This document shows positions 19,173 to 29,224 of a stretch of 64,000 nt of DNA, piece after piece. Both the position numbers and the translations under genes were made by a program. Under the pieces are notes generated by a model. That model searched no databases. It had not been told where the DNA came from and was given only the letters and a program-made list of their open reading frames with translations. How positions within the stretch are numbered: position 1 is the first letter of the stretch; each line of letters begins with the position of its first letter. Source of the DNA: Candidatus Proruminimicrobium quisquiliarum (GTDB lineage: Bacteria > Elusimicrobiota > Endomicrobiia > Endomicrobiales > Endomicrobiaceae); the NCBI GenBank assembly GCA_018433245.1, contig JAHDRN010000019.1:3622-67621 (forward strand), written 5' to 3'.

Positions 19173-20099
19173 TTATAAACTTTTGAAATATTTTATCGTT
19201 TCACGCAATCCGTCTTCCAACTGAACATCCGGAAGCCATTTTAATATTTTTTTTGCCTTTGTTATATCGGGACGCCTCATTTTCGGATCGTCCTGAGGAA
19301 GTTCTTTATAAATTATTTTTGATTTGCTTGCCGTTAATTTTATGATTATTTCCGCAAGTTCTTTTAACGTTATTTCGTTCGGATTTCCGATATTGACGGG
19401 ATATTTGTAATCGGACATCAGCAATTTATAAACGCCTTTTACCAAATCCGATACAAAACAAAAACTTCTCGTCTGCCTTCCGCTGCCGAATACGGTAACC
19501 GGCCGGCCGGCAAGAGCCTGCGATATAAATTCAGGTATGGCCCTTCCGTCTTTTTCATTCATTCCGGGCCCGTAAGTATTAAAAATTCTCACTATTCGCG
19601 TCTTAACTCCGTAATCTCTCAAATAACACATAACGGCCGCTTCCGAAAATCTTTTTGCCTCGTCATAAACGCTTCTGATCCCTATTGAATTTACGTTTCC
19701 CCAGTATTCTTCAGGCTGCGGATTTACAAGAGGGTCTCCGTATACTTCGCTTGTAGAAGCGAATAAAAATTTTGCTTTTTTAAGTCTTGCCAGTTCCAAA
19801 AGATTTAAAGTTCCCAAAGAGCCTGTTTTTAAAGTTTCAAGCGGATATTTTATGTAGTCTTTGGGGCTTGCGGGAGACGCAAAATTCAATACGGCGTCTA
19901 TTTTTCCGGGTATTTTTATATTTTTTGATATGTCGGCTTTGATAAATTTGAATTTTTTATTTTTAAGAAGATGTTTTATGTTTTCTTTTTTGCCGGTAAT
20001 AAAATTGTCAACGGCAATAACTTTATGATTTTTTGAGATAAAAAAATCACACAAATGCGAACCTAAAAAACCAGCTCCTCCGGCTATCAAAACGTTCAT
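19173..20099 (-). CDS. UDP-glucuronate decarboxylase (UDP-xylose synthase)-type SDR
   Basis: [23 protein letters not shown] and RIFNTYGP; collinear with UXS-type enzymes. Confidence 0.85.
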   Translation of the reverse strand: MNVLIAGGAGFLGSHLCDFFISKNHKVIAVDNFITGKKENIKHLLKNKKFKFIKADISKNIKIPGKIDAVLNFASPASPKDYIKYPLETLKTGSLGTLNLLELARLKKAKFLFASTSEVYGDPLVNPQPEEYWGNVNSIGIRSVYDEAKRFSEAAVMCYLRDYGVKTRIVRIFNTYGPGMNEKDGRAIPEFISQALAGRPVTVFGSGRQTRSFCFVSDLVKGVYKLLMSDYKYPVNIGNPNEITLKELAEIIIKLTASKSKIIYKELPQDDPKMRRPDITKAKKILKWLPDVQLEDGLRETIKYFKSL

Positions 20100-20180
20100 T
20101 AAAAATCCTCTTTTTATATTCGGTGATTATATAATTTTGGGAGGTTCTTATCAATACATTATATAGAAGCCCGGCAGCTT

Positions 20181-20203
20181 GGAAGTTTAGAAGTTTGGCA
20201 AAT
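20181..20203. repeat. short copy of the dispersed repeat block GGAAGTTTAGAAG...TTTGGCAAA
   Basis: Matches 11413-11443 apart from an 8 nt deletion. Followed by the palindrome TTTGGCA-AA-TGCCAAA (20193-20208). Confidence 0.55.
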
Positions 20204-20213
20204 GCCAAAACGG

Positions 20214-21425
20214 CTAATTCAGCGGAACAAGATGCGAATCCCAGCCGCCGTATTTTGCCCTGTTGTATTCGGCAATCAATGTGTCGTCATCGGTCAAAGC
20301 GTTTTTTACTCTTAACGCCGTTTCAGTATTGTATAATCCGCCGACTAAAATACCGAACCCTATCGCGGCCGGCGGTCCTACGATCGGAATTTTCGCTATA
20401 TCCGACGCCACCGATAAAATGACTATGATCTGGTCGGCAAACATTTTTGACATAAGTCCGACAGTCAAAAGTTCTGCTCCGGTTTTTGTATTTTCTTCAG
20501 CAGGAAACATCGCATCGTCAACATTATAAACTCCGGCCGAGCCGTAAGCCATAATCGGCGGATATTTTATCCCTATAATTTTTCCAAGAACGGGATAACC
20601 CCTGTTTGAATCGGCATTCGGCAGTTTTGTTCCTATTCCGACTATTTTTTTATCGTAAAAATTTTCGTTCTGAACGTACCAAGAATATTTATCGTCTTTG
20701 AACCCTCTGCTTTTTTGGGCGCGTACAAAATGTCTGTGCCCCGCGATATTGACGCAAAAATTATAGGTTCCGTAATATTTTATGCCTTTTGAATTCTTTT
20801 TTATCCCAAGCAATTGTTCCGCAAGAGCAACCGGATTTGAACTTTTCAATGAAAACGACTTCCAATTTTTTGCATATCGCGACGGAACAACGATAATTTT
20901 GCAGTCATCAGCAGGGACATTTGCAATTATATCGGCATAACCGGCTATATAAGCTGAAAGTATGCTTTTTTGAATATTCTGAATACCGTTTACCGTCCTT
21001 TTAATATTTCTGACGCCCTGTTCGCTGTAAAAACCGGGCAGACATTTATAATCTGAAAACGGGCCGGCAATCATTGAACCGGCAATCCTTTCGGTTGAAA
21101 ACGACGGATACATTAGCCCGCCGAAATCTATATTAACGTCAATTTTCAATTTCTTTAAAATTGCGCTTATATCGGGTGTGTGCGGATCGGACGCGAAAGA
21201 TAAAACCGTCGCCATCAGATAATTTGTCGCGCCTATGGCGTTTAAAGTTCTTGCCTGCAGCGTCGCGATTGAAAGAGTCGTATTATCAACCGAGTTTTGA
21301 AGAATCATTCTGTCTCTGATAAGCTTTGCTATGTTAATCATCATAGCCCAGCTTATCAATAATATCATTGACAAGACCAGAAAATAAGCAAGCACCTGTC
21401 CTTTTCTGTTATTGTTTATTATCAT
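20214..21425 (-). CDS. TadG-like pilus assembly protein (Tad N-terminal domain)
   Basis: N-terminal RKGQVLAYFLVLSMILL hydrophobic segment followed by LQNSVDNTTLSIA, as in TadG/Tad_N proteins. Rest of the protein unrecognised. Confidence 0.6.
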   Translation of the reverse strand: MIINNNRKGQVLAYFLVLSMILLISWAMMINIAKLIRDRMILQNSVDNTTLSIATLQARTLNAIGATNYLMATVLSFASDPHTPDISAILKKLKIDVNIDFGGLMYPSFSTERIAGSMIAGPFSDYKCLPGFYSEQGVRNIKRTVNGIQNIQKSILSAYIAGYADIIANVPADDCKIIVVPSRYAKNWKSFSLKSSNPVALAEQLLGIKKNSKGIKYYGTYNFCVNIAGHRHFVRAQKSRGFKDDKYSWYVQNENFYDKKIVGIGTKLPNADSNRGYPVLGKIIGIKYPPIMAYGSAGVYNVDDAMFPAEENTKTGAELLTVGLMSKMFADQIIVILSVASDIAKIPIVGPPAAIGFGILVGGLYNTETALRVKNALTDDDTLIAEYNRAKYGGWDSHLVPLN

Positions 21426-21936
21426 TTCCTATTTTTACAAACCTTCTTGCTCCCGGATATGCTTTATCATAAAATTCTTCATCCGGAGATTTTATCATTC
21501 TGGCTCTTGCCCACTGCGTCCGTGCTCCGTCCAAACCGAACAGACTTGAAAACATAAGTCTCATGTTATATTTAATTTTTACGTTGTATTTTTTCAGATT
21601 TATTCCGGAATGATCTTTTATATCCTTTCCCAAAACAGTCCCGTTCCAATTTGTCGTTTTTGAACCTTCTTCATCCGCCGAATCGCTTATATTGCTTGAA
21701 CTCAATCCGTTTAAACGAATCATTTTATCGGCCGCTTTTTGCGCGGTCTCTTTTATTTTACCGGATTGCGCCACGGAAACGGCTCTTACAGCCATAAAAG
21801 CGGCTTCGTTGTAAAGAGTATCGTTAACCGCGATAATACATACCTGTATCAGGGCAAACATAAAAACCGTTATAATCATTACGGCGATTAAGCCTTCAAT
21901 AAAAGCCTGCCCGTTATTTTTTTTAAATAAACGCAT
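21409..21936 (-). CDS. TadE-like pseudopilin
   Basis: N-terminal NGQAFIEGLIAVMIITVF resembles the TadE/TadF prepilin-like G/xxxxE motif plus hydrophobic helix. Confidence 0.6.
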   Translation of the reverse strand: MRLFKKNNGQAFIEGLIAVMIITVFMFALIQVCIIAVNDTLYNEAAFMAVRAVSVAQSGKIKETAQKAADKMIRLNGLSSSNISDSADEEGSKTTNWNGTVLGKDIKDHSGINLKKYNVKIKYNMRLMFSSLFGLDGARTQWARARMIKSPDEEFYDKAYPGARRFVKIGNDNKQ

Positions 21937-22135
21937 TGATAACTTCCCTACCGTATCCCAATAAAAAAAATTTGTACTGCCAAAGCCAAATAAACAGTTT
22001 TATCATACCGTATGAAGCGGCGAATAAAACTATGACGAATAAAATATATTCCGTTGAAGCCTGCCCTTTTTTATTTTGTGAGATAAACCTTAACGCGGAT
22101 TGCGTTTTAAGAGAATGTTGTTTTAATCTGTCCAT
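21923..22135 (-). CDS. flp: Flp-family type IVb pilin
   Basis: KKG/QASTEYILFVIVLF fits the Flp processing motif G/XXXXEY followed by a hydrophobic stretch; 70 aa. Confidence 0.7.
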   Translation of the reverse strand: MDRLKQHSLKTQSALRFISQNKKGQASTEYILFVIVLFAASYGMIKLFIWLWQYKFFLLGYGREVINAFI

Positions 22136-22168
22136 ATTACGAGTCCGCCGGCATTAAATTTTAAGCGG

Positions 22169-22900
22169 TTATTGCTCTATTATTTTGGGTGTCACAAAAA
22201 TCAAAACGTTCGTTTTATTATCTACCGTTTTTGTATTTTTAAATAAAGTTCCCAGAATAGGAATATCAGATAATATCGGGACTCCGGAAGTGGTCTTGTC
22301 TTTGTAGTTTTCAATAAGTCCGGCTATAACTATCGTCTGCTGGTCTTTAAGGACAACGTTTGATTTGGCCTGTCTTTTGGCTATATTAGGAAAGCCCTGA
22401 ACGCTGTTTGACCAGTCCAGCCTTGAAAGCTCGGCTTCTATAGTAACGTCTATCGTGCCGTCAGGTAGAATTTTCGGAAGAACTTCGGTTATAATTCCGT
22501 ATTCTTTCCATTCCACGTTCCCGCCGGATACGCCCGAAACGGCGATCGGAAATTCTCCGCCTACCAGAAATCTGGCTTTATTGCCCGATTTTGTCACAAG
22601 TTTCGGATTTGACAAAACCTGCGCCGCCCCGTTTTCCTGCAGTAATTTTAACGTCGCACTCAGAGGAGTATATCTTACCCAATCGTTATATTCTACAAGC
22701 GAGGGATATATAGTAGTATGGTGTGCTCCCTGAATAAACAATTCTCCCGTTGATATTTCATCAACCCATTTGATGCCGTATTCTTTTGCTTTATTGTTGT
22801 TAATCTCGGTAATTTCTATCGATATTTCAACCAGTTTTTCGGCAAACAAATTATGTATGCACAAAAACAGCAACATCATAACAAAAAAATTTTTTTTCAT
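22169..22900 (-). CDS. short secretin (CpaC/RcpA-like C-domain only)
   Basis: Signal peptide. Secretin C-domain motifs NPKLVTKSGNKARFLVGGEFP and GVPILSDIPILGTLFK...VLIFVTPKII. Only 243 aa. Confidence 0.8.
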   Translation of the reverse strand: MKKNFFVMMLLFLCIHNLFAEKLVEISIEITEINNNKAKEYGIKWVDEISTGELFIQGAHHTTIYPSLVEYNDWVRYTPLSATLKLLQENGAAQVLSNPKLVTKSGNKARFLVGGEFPIAVSGVSGGNVEWKEYGIITEVLPKILPDGTIDVTIEAELSRLDWSNSVQGFPNIAKRQAKSNVVLKDQQTIVIAGLIENYKDKTTSGVPILSDIPILGTLFKNTKTVDNKTNVLIFVTPKIIEQ

Positions 22901-22903
22901 TTT

Positions 22904-23962
22904 TTACCTTCTGTAAAATGGTTTTTGAACTATTTTTATGTTTCGCATGTTATTGTGAATGCTTATCTGAAGCTGTTTTGTTTCATCCGTATTAAAATCA
23001 ATAAGTGCAAGCCCTATGGCTTTTTTAAAAGTGGGAGAAAACGTGCCGCTTGTTACGTATCCTATTTCTTTGCCGTCAGAAAATACTTTATTGCCGTTTC
23101 TCGCTATTGAGCCTTCGCATATAAACGCTATTGATTTTTTTGATATTTTATTTTTATCAAGGGAGTTTTTGCCTATAAAATCTTTATTCCAGCATATTGT
23201 TTTTTCAAATCCGGCGTCAAGCGGCGTAATGTTTTCGTCTATTTCATGCCCGTGTAAAGGCATGCACGCTTCAAGACGCAGCGTATCTCTGCATCCCAGA
23301 CCGCACGGTTTAGCTCCGAGTTCAGTCAGTTTATTCCATATAAACGAAGCCTTATCTTTTGAGATAAAAATTTCAAATCCGTCTTCGCCCGTATAGCCTG
23401 TTCTTGCTATTTTTGAAAATCGGGCTGACACATTTTTTAATTTTATGTCTCTGCCGGTAAAATATTTCATATCTGAAACATTTTCTTCAATTATGTTTGA
23501 AATAATTTCAACGGATTTAGGACCCTGAAGCGCCAGAAGACAAATTTCGGAACTGATATTTTCAATATCAGTATCTCCTGTTTTATGGTCATTAAGCCAT
23601 TTAAAATCTTTATCAAGATTGCCTGCATTAACAACCATCATATAGTAATTTTCGAATTTATAAACTATGATATCGTCTTTAATTCCGCCTTCATTATTTA
23701 AAAGCATTGAATATCTTGCTTTGTATAAAGGCAGATCAGACATTTTTGAAATCGTTACATAATCAAGAAATTTACCGGCATCATTTCCTGAAATGATAAA
23801 CGTTCCCATATGTGACGTGTCAAAAATTCCTGCATTTGTTCTTACGGCGTTATGCTCTTCAATAATTGAAGTATACATAACCGGCATATCCCATCCGCCG
23901 AATTCGGTAAATTTTGCGTTTAATTTTTTGTGTTCTTCATAAAGAGGAGTCTGTTTTAACAT
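22904..23962 (-). CDS. gcvT: glycine cleavage system aminomethyltransferase
   Basis: [21 protein letters not shown] and DTSHMG motifs; 352 aa. Confidence 0.92.
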   Translation of the reverse strand: MLKQTPLYEEHKKLNAKFTEFGGWDMPVMYTSIIEEHNAVRTNAGIFDTSHMGTFIISGNDAGKFLDYVTISKMSDLPLYKARYSMLLNNEGGIKDDIIVYKFENYYMMVVNAGNLDKDFKWLNDHKTGDTDIENISSEICLLALQGPKSVEIISNIIEENVSDMKYFTGRDIKLKNVSARFSKIARTGYTGEDGFEIFISKDKASFIWNKLTELGAKPCGLGCRDTLRLEACMPLHGHEIDENITPLDAGFEKTICWNKDFIGKNSLDKNKISKKSIAFICEGSIARNGNKVFSDGKEIGYVTSGTFSPTFKKAIGLALIDFNTDETKQLQISIHNNMRNIKIVQKPFYRR

Positions 23963-24050
23963 GGTGTTTTTCCTTTAGTTATATATTTAATTTTTTACTG
24001 TTTTTAAATTTCAAAACTGCCGTTAATATTTCGGCTTTTTAACAAGACAA

Positions 24051-24128
24051 AGAATTCTGCGGCTGCGTACGAAAGCAAAAAGAAGCGAACTGTAAGAAAA
24101 ATTCAAAATCGCAATCAAAAGAACAATG
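24051..24128. repeat. partial copy of the dispersed intergenic repeat
   Basis: GCGTACGAAAGCAAAAAGAAGCGAACTGTAAG...AAAATTCAAAA aligns with 11629-11699 at an eye-estimated 70 percent. Confidence 0.45.
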
Positions 24129-24131
24129 GCG

Positions 24132-25451
24132 TTATAAAATACTTGGAAGCTCAGTGCACTTACCCAAAGCCTGATGACAGGCGTTTAAAATCATCTCGGA
24201 AAGTCCCGGATGAAAAAACATATTTTTTGATAAATCGTTTACGGTATTTTTATTCTGCACGACCACGGATGCTACGTCTATAAGTTCGTCGGCGTTTGCG
24301 CCTATAATCCATACGGCAAGTATTCTTCCGGTTTTTTTATCAACAGCCGCTTTTACAAAACCCGTTCTTTGTCCTTCCATCTGCGCTCTTGCCGAAGCGG
24401 CAAAAGGAAATTTACCGTAAAGTATTTCGCCGTATTCGTTAAAATCATTTGATTTTACTGAAGCTGCCGGCGGATATGAGAAGACTGCTTTGGGAATAAC
24501 AAATTCTTGCGGATTTAAAATATTTTCAGCAATATTTAATCCGTCCTGCTGGGCCGTATATGCAAGAAAATTTTTACCGGTTATGTCGCCTGCGGCGAAA
24601 ACATTGTCATTGTTTGTCGTTCCGTTTTGTTTCACAGGTATATAATTTTTAGCGTCCGTTCGAATCCCCGCGTTTTTTACTTTAAGCGCGTCAGCCGTTG
24701 ACTGTCTTCCGGTTACTACAAGAACCTTGTCAAACGAATCAGCGTCTTTCAAAGCGTCTTTACAGCCGGTTTCAACAGTAACGCCCTGCCTTTGAAGATT
24801 TTTTGTAATTTCTGCGGCGATTTCAGCGTCTTCGCCGGGCATAAGCTGAGGAAAAATTTCTCTTAAAGTTATTTCAGAACCAAACGCCGAATATATCGTT
24901 GAAAGTTCTATTCCTATGGCTCCGCCGCCTATCACGAGCATTTTTTTTGGAACTTCATTTAATAAAAGAGCGTCCGTTGAATCTATAAATTTATCATGGT
25001 CTATTAAAACGCCGGGTATTGATTTTGACTCTGAGCCCGACGCGATCACTATTTTGCCGGCAGAATATTCGGTTCCGTTTACCGTTACCGTAGAATCCGA
25101 CGAAAAAGAAGCCTCGCCTTTTATTATTTCTATTTTATAGCTTTCAACCATTCTTTGAAGGGATTTTCTTAAATTTTCAATGAATTTGTTTTTCTTTGCC
25201 ATTATATCCTGAAAATTTAGCTGCACGGGAGAAGTTTTTATGCCGTATTCGCAGGCTTTTGATACCGTATTTTTTAATTTCAGAGACTGCCACAAAAATT
25301 TTGTCGGTATGCATCCGCAGTTAAGGCATGTTCCGCCTATTTCGTTTTTTTCAATAAGAGCGGTTTTACTGCCCAGCTGGGCAAATCTTACGGCGCAGGT
25401 ATATCCGGCGGGGCCTGCTCCGATAACGATGACGTCGTATTTCTTATCCAT
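24132..25451 (-). CDS. lpd: dihydrolipoyl dehydrogenase
   Basis: FAD motif VIGAGPAGY, redox disulfide GGTCLNCGCIPTK, C-terminal HPGLSE interface motif. Confidence 0.88.
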   Translation of the reverse strand: MDKKYDVIVIGAGPAGYTCAVRFAQLGSKTALIEKNEIGGTCLNCGCIPTKFLWQSLKLKNTVSKACEYGIKTSPVQLNFQDIMAKKNKFIENLRKSLQRMVESYKIEIIKGEASFSSDSTVTVNGTEYSAGKIVIASGSESKSIPGVLIDHDKFIDSTDALLLNEVPKKMLVIGGGAIGIELSTIYSAFGSEITLREIFPQLMPGEDAEIAAEITKNLQRQGVTVETGCKDALKDADSFDKVLVVTGRQSTADALKVKNAGIRTDAKNYIPVKQNGTTNNDNVFAAGDITGKNFLAYTAQQDGLNIAENILNPQEFVIPKAVFSYPPAASVKSNDFNEYGEILYGKFPFAASARAQMEGQRTGFVKAAVDKKTGRILAVWIIGANADELIDVASVVVQNKNTVNDLSKNMFFHPGLSEMILNACHQALGKCTELPSIL

Positions 25452-27174
25452 TTTTCAAACTTTCTTGAATTTTTGATTTTATATATTCAACGATTTTATC
25501 CGTTTTTATTATTTCGGCTTTCGTTTTATCGTCTTTTCTCGCCTTAAATTCAACGTTGCCGTCTTTAAGATTTTTTTCGCCGATCGTAATTCTAAAAGGG
25601 ATTCCCATTAAATCGGCGTCTTTAAATTTGATTCCCGCCCTTTCGTCGCGGTCGTCAAGCAAAACTTCAATTTTATCTTTTTTAAGCTGTTTGTATATTT
25701 CTTCGGCTGTTTTTTTAATCGCCTCATTGTTAAAATCAACAGGCACTATTGAAACTTTATACGGCGCAAGCGAAACCGGCCATATTATTCCGTTTTCGTC
25801 ATACGACTGTTCTATTGTGGCGGCAAGGATTCTTGTTACTCCTATTCCGTAACAGCCCATTATCATAAAATTTTCTTTGCCCTGCGCGTCAAGATAAGTC
25901 GCTTTCATTGATTTTGAATATTTTGTCCCGAGTTTAAAAACATGCCCTATTTCAATTCCTCTTGAAAACTGCAGTTTTTCTTTTTTGCATCTCGGGCAGA
26001 GATCGCCTTTTACGACCGTTCTTATATCTGCCGTAATATCTGCTTTGAAATCTCTGTTTATGTTGACGTTTTTGATATGTTTATCGTCTTTATTTGCTCC
26101 GACAACGGCGTTTACAATATTTTCAACCGCATAATCGGCTAATATTTTTACCTGTTTTTTTAAGTTAACCGGTCCTGCAAAACCGACTTTTGCGCCGGTT
26201 ACTTCCTGTATTATTTCAGGCGAGGCAAGTTCCAGCTCATTGCAGCCCAAAAGCGACTGAAGTTTTGATTCATTAACGTCATGGTCGCCTCTTACAAGAA
26301 CGGCTACGGGCGCACCATCTGCGACGTATATCATCGTTTTTATAAATTTCCGTTCTGTGGACGATAAAAATTTAGCGACGTCTGCAACCGAACCTATATT
26401 AGGGGTAAAAACCTCTTCCATCTCGGGCATCGGCTCCGAATTTTCTTTTTTTTCATATTTTATGCATTCGGCTTTTTCGGAATTTGCGCCGTATCCGCAG
26501 CTGCACCATGCGATTTCTTCTTCGCCCGTATCGGCAAGCACCATAAATTCATGCGAAAAATTTCCGCCTATGGCGCCGGATGACGCTTCAACGACTCTGT
26601 ATTTAAAACCGCATCTTTTGCATATATTTTCGTAAGCTTCGTAAACTCTTTTATAGTATTTTTCCAAATCGGCTTCATCGGCATGGAACGAATAAGCGTC
26701 TTTCATCATAAATTCTCTGGCTCTCATAACTCCGAATCTGGGTCTTATTTCGTCTCTGAATTTCATACCGAACTGGTACAGCATCAAAGGCAGCTGCCTG
26801 TATGAGCTTACGTCGTTTCTCACTACGTTTGTTATGCCTTCTTCATGCGTCGGCGCAAGGCAGAATTCTGCATCTTTTCTGTCTTTAAGTCTGAATAATT
26901 CTTTGCCGTAAACGTTCCATCTTCCCGTTTCAATCCACAAATCTTTAGGTAAAAGCAACGGAAGGCGTACTTCCTGTCCGTCTATATTATCCATTTCTTC
27001 TCTTATTATGGTTATTACGTTTTCAAGAGTTTTCAGCCCTGTAGGAAGCAGTTCAAAAAATCCGCTGGCAAGTTTTCTTATCATTCCGGAACGAACCATT
27101 AATTTTGCAGAAATATTGTCCATATCCGAAGGAGCTTCTTTCAATGTCGGTATAAATGCTTTTGAAAAATACAT
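25444..27174 (-). CDS. proS: proline--tRNA ligase (bacterial type with editing insertion)
   Basis: Class II motifs (FRDEIRPRFGVMRAREFMMKDAYSF, GCYGIGVTR); 576 aa. Confidence 0.95.
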   Translation of the reverse strand: MYFSKAFIPTLKEAPSDMDNISAKLMVRSGMIRKLASGFFELLPTGLKTLENVITIIREEMDNIDGQEVRLPLLLPKDLWIETGRWNVYGKELFRLKDRKDAEFCLAPTHEEGITNVVRNDVSSYRQLPLMLYQFGMKFRDEIRPRFGVMRAREFMMKDAYSFHADEADLEKYYKRVYEAYENICKRCGFKYRVVEASSGAIGGNFSHEFMVLADTGEEEIAWCSCGYGANSEKAECIKYEKKENSEPMPEMEEVFTPNIGSVADVAKFLSSTERKFIKTMIYVADGAPVAVLVRGDHDVNESKLQSLLGCNELELASPEIIQEVTGAKVGFAGPVNLKKQVKILADYAVENIVNAVVGANKDDKHIKNVNINRDFKADITADIRTVVKGDLCPRCKKEKLQFSRGIEIGHVFKLGTKYSKSMKATYLDAQGKENFMIMGCYGIGVTRILAATIEQSYDENGIIWPVSLAPYKVSIVPVDFNNEAIKKTAEEIYKQLKKDKIEVLLDDRDERAGIKFKDADLMGIPFRITIGEKNLKDGNVEFKARKDDKTKAEIIKTDKIVEYIKSKIQESLKNG

Positions 27175-27312
27175 AAATATCCTCTTTTCGTTGTTTTTAG
27201 ATTGTTAATTTTATCATTTTTTATTGATTTTCACTAGTCCGAAAACCGCGCAGGCTTTCAAAAACAGAATAAATTTTATATCATAGACCGAAATAGATAT
27301 CAGGAGGGGCAT

Positions 27313-27891
27313 ATGAAAGTCGTCGCTTTTAACTGCAGTCCCAGAAAAGACGGCAATACTTCAATTCTTATAAATACCGTGTTTAAAGAACTTGAAAAAC
27401 ACAATATTGAAACAAAACAAATACAGTTCGGCCCGCAAAAAGTATCAGGATGCATAGCATGTTACCAATGCGTAAAAAATAAAGATAAAAAATGCGTATT
27501 AAAAGACGATATAGTAAACGACTGCATATCGGAAATGGATAAAGCCGACGGAATTATAATAGGCTCTCCCGTTTATTTCGCCAACATAACGCCTATTGCG
27601 GCTTCTTTAATATGCAGAGCCGGCATGGTTTCAAGGGCAAACGGTTCAATGCTGGCAAGAAAAGTCGGAGCAGGAATAGTTTCATTAAGAAGAGCGGGAG
27701 CTCTGCACGCCTTTAATTCAATTAACAACTTTTTTACAATATTGGAAATGACAGTAGTAAGTTCAAATTACTGGAATATGGGTTTCGGCAAACAGCCCGG
27801 CGACGTTTTAAAAGATGAGGAAGGCTTACAAATAATGACAAAACTCGGCGAAAATATGGCATGGCTTTTAAATAAAACGGGGAATAAATAA
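27313..27891 (+). CDS. NADPH-dependent FMN reductase / iron-sulfur flavoprotein family
   Basis: MKVVAFNCSPRKDGNTS, GSPVYF and the CIACYQC cluster. AGGAGG RBS. Confidence 0.8.
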   Translation: MKVVAFNCSPRKDGNTSILINTVFKELEKHNIETKQIQFGPQKVSGCIACYQCVKNKDKKCVLKDDIVNDCISEMDKADGIIIGSPVYFANITPIAASLICRAGMVSRANGSMLARKVGAGIVSLRRAGALHAFNSINNFFTILEMTVVSSNYWNMGFGKQPGDVLKDEEGLQIMTKLGENMAWLLNKTGNK

Positions 27892-27892
27892 A

Positions 27893-28405
27893 ATGAAATA
27901 TCTTTTAACGCTTTTTACTGTTTTGACGTTTGTCTCAGTTTCTTTTGCGCAGCAGCAAGCCGAAAATAACAGGCTTTTTATCATAGAAAGAAGCAAAAAC
28001 GCAAATGTCGTATGTTATGACGCAAATATGACAAAAGACGGGAAAATTGATAAAGAAAAACCGGTTGACGCATATTGGATTATGTATGCAGAAAACGCCG
28101 GCAGGCAAGAAATAAGCGCTTTTGAAAAAAGAGCTTACGGTTTTAAAATAAACTATAACGAAAGCGCGAAAAATTTTGATTTTTCGTTAAAAGCCGTTGA
28201 AAATAAGAATATGAATATAATTATGGTTGACGGAAACCCTAAAGTCAAAATAATGATAAATAATACGGAATCTTATTTAAATAAAGTATACATTCAGTCA
28301 AAAGACGGCCCTTTGGGAATACCTAAAGTGTATTACTATGTATTGTACGGAACAACAATCGCTTCAAATGAAAATATTGAAGAAAAAATCATATTGAAAA
28401 AATAG
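27893..28405 (+). CDS. secreted protein of unknown function (possibly DUF4833-like)
   Basis: Signal peptide. IIERSKNANVVCYDAN resembles my recollection of DUF4833; unverified. Confidence 0.5.
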   Translation: MKYLLTLFTVLTFVSVSFAQQQAENNRLFIIERSKNANVVCYDANMTKDGKIDKEKPVDAYWIMYAENAGRQEISAFEKRAYGFKINYNESAKNFDFSLKAVENKNMNIIMVDGNPKVKIMINNTESYLNKVYIQSKDGPLGIPKVYYYVLYGTTIASNENIEEKIILKK

Positions 28406-28461
28406 TTAATTTATGTTAGACTTATTATGCGAAGATGGGATATATACCTAAGAGGTTGTAT

Positions 28462-28845
28462 ATGAAGAAAAAGAAAAGAGGTTTTTCTCTATCGGAACTT
28501 GTTGTAACACTTGTTATGGTTGCTATTCTTGCAATCATAGGGTTACCTATATACAGAGGATACGTAAAAAAAGGCATCGCCACTGAAGGAAAGGCGCTTT
28601 TGGGCGAAATTAACGCCGCCCAGCAGATATATTATACAAGACACGGACAGTATTACGCGGGATCCGTAGGTCAGACTTTCGGCGGAGCATTTGGCGTTGA
28701 CGCGAGAAGAAATAAATATTTTACATCTTATAATCTTTCTACCAATGCGCAGACGTTTACAGCCTCAACGAGTTCTAAAGACGGAACTCAGAGTTTAACT
28801 TTGGTCGGAAGTTTCACTACCGATCCGAAATTGATTGAAAGGTAA
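28462..28845 (+). CDS. type IV pilin / pseudopilin-like protein (prepilin N-terminal methylation motif)
   Basis: KKRGFSLSELVVTLVMVAILAIIG is a class III signal peptide (G/FSLSE). Start set at ATG 28462, which has an upstream AGAGG. Confidence 0.85.
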   Translation: MKKKKRGFSLSELVVTLVMVAILAIIGLPIYRGYVKKGIATEGKALLGEINAAQQIYYTRHGQYYAGSVGQTFGGAFGVDARRNKYFTSYNLSTNAQTFTASTSSKDGTQSLTLVGSFTTDPKLIER

Positions 28846-28869
28846 GTTAATTAAAAGATATAATAAAAA

Positions 28870-28897
28870 ACAAGAAGTCTCTTATTCTTGTTTTTTA
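28870..28897 (+). terminator. rho-independent terminator after the pilin gene
   Basis: ACAAGAA-8 nt loop-TTCTTGT followed by a T-run. Confidence 0.6.
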
Positions 28898-28912
28898 TTT
28901 TGTCGTTCAAAT

Positions 28913-29003
28913 GGAGAGGTGGCCGAGTTGGTTTAAGGCGGCAGTCTCGAAAACTGCTACTCGGGAAACCGGGTCGGGGGTTCGAATCCCCCCTTCTCCG
29001 CCA
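28913..29003 (+). tRNA. tRNA-Ser, anticodon CGA, CCA encoded
   Basis: Acceptor GGAGAGG/CTTCTCC; anticodon stem GCAGT/ACTGC with loop CTCGAAA; long variable arm; T arm GGGGG-TTCGAAT-CCCCC; GCCA end. Confidence 0.93.
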
Positions 29004-29008
29004 TGTTT

Positions 29009-29030
29009 GAGCCCTTTTGGGCTCTTTTTT
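29009..29030 (+). terminator. rho-independent terminator after tRNA-Ser
   Basis: GAGCCC-TTTT-GGGCTC followed by TTTTTT. Confidence 0.8.
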
Positions 29031-29224
29031 ATTTATTTTGAACTTCGGATATCGGCTCGCTACCGCTCGGCTGTGCTGGATATACCTTGTCCAAAATGAA
29101 ATAAAAAATATCCTCAAAATCATCTCAAACAGTGATACTGCTTACACCACACTTTTAAATACTTAATTTCACCTAAAATCTTAATGTTTCAAACGACAAA
29201 AAAATATCAAAATTTGAAAAAATA

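Noticed and set aside
20193-20208. TTTGGCA-AA-TGCCAAA as a sigma-54 promoter or terminator
   Set aside because: The GG-to-GC spacing does not fit the -24/-12 consensus on either strand, and a 2 nt loop is too small for an RNA hairpin. Kept only as part of the repeat annotation.
28851-29123. 90 aa minus-strand and 62 aa plus-strand ORFs
   Set aside because: Both read through tRNA-Ser and its terminator, with Arg/Pro-rich translations typical of tRNA sequence. Not coding.
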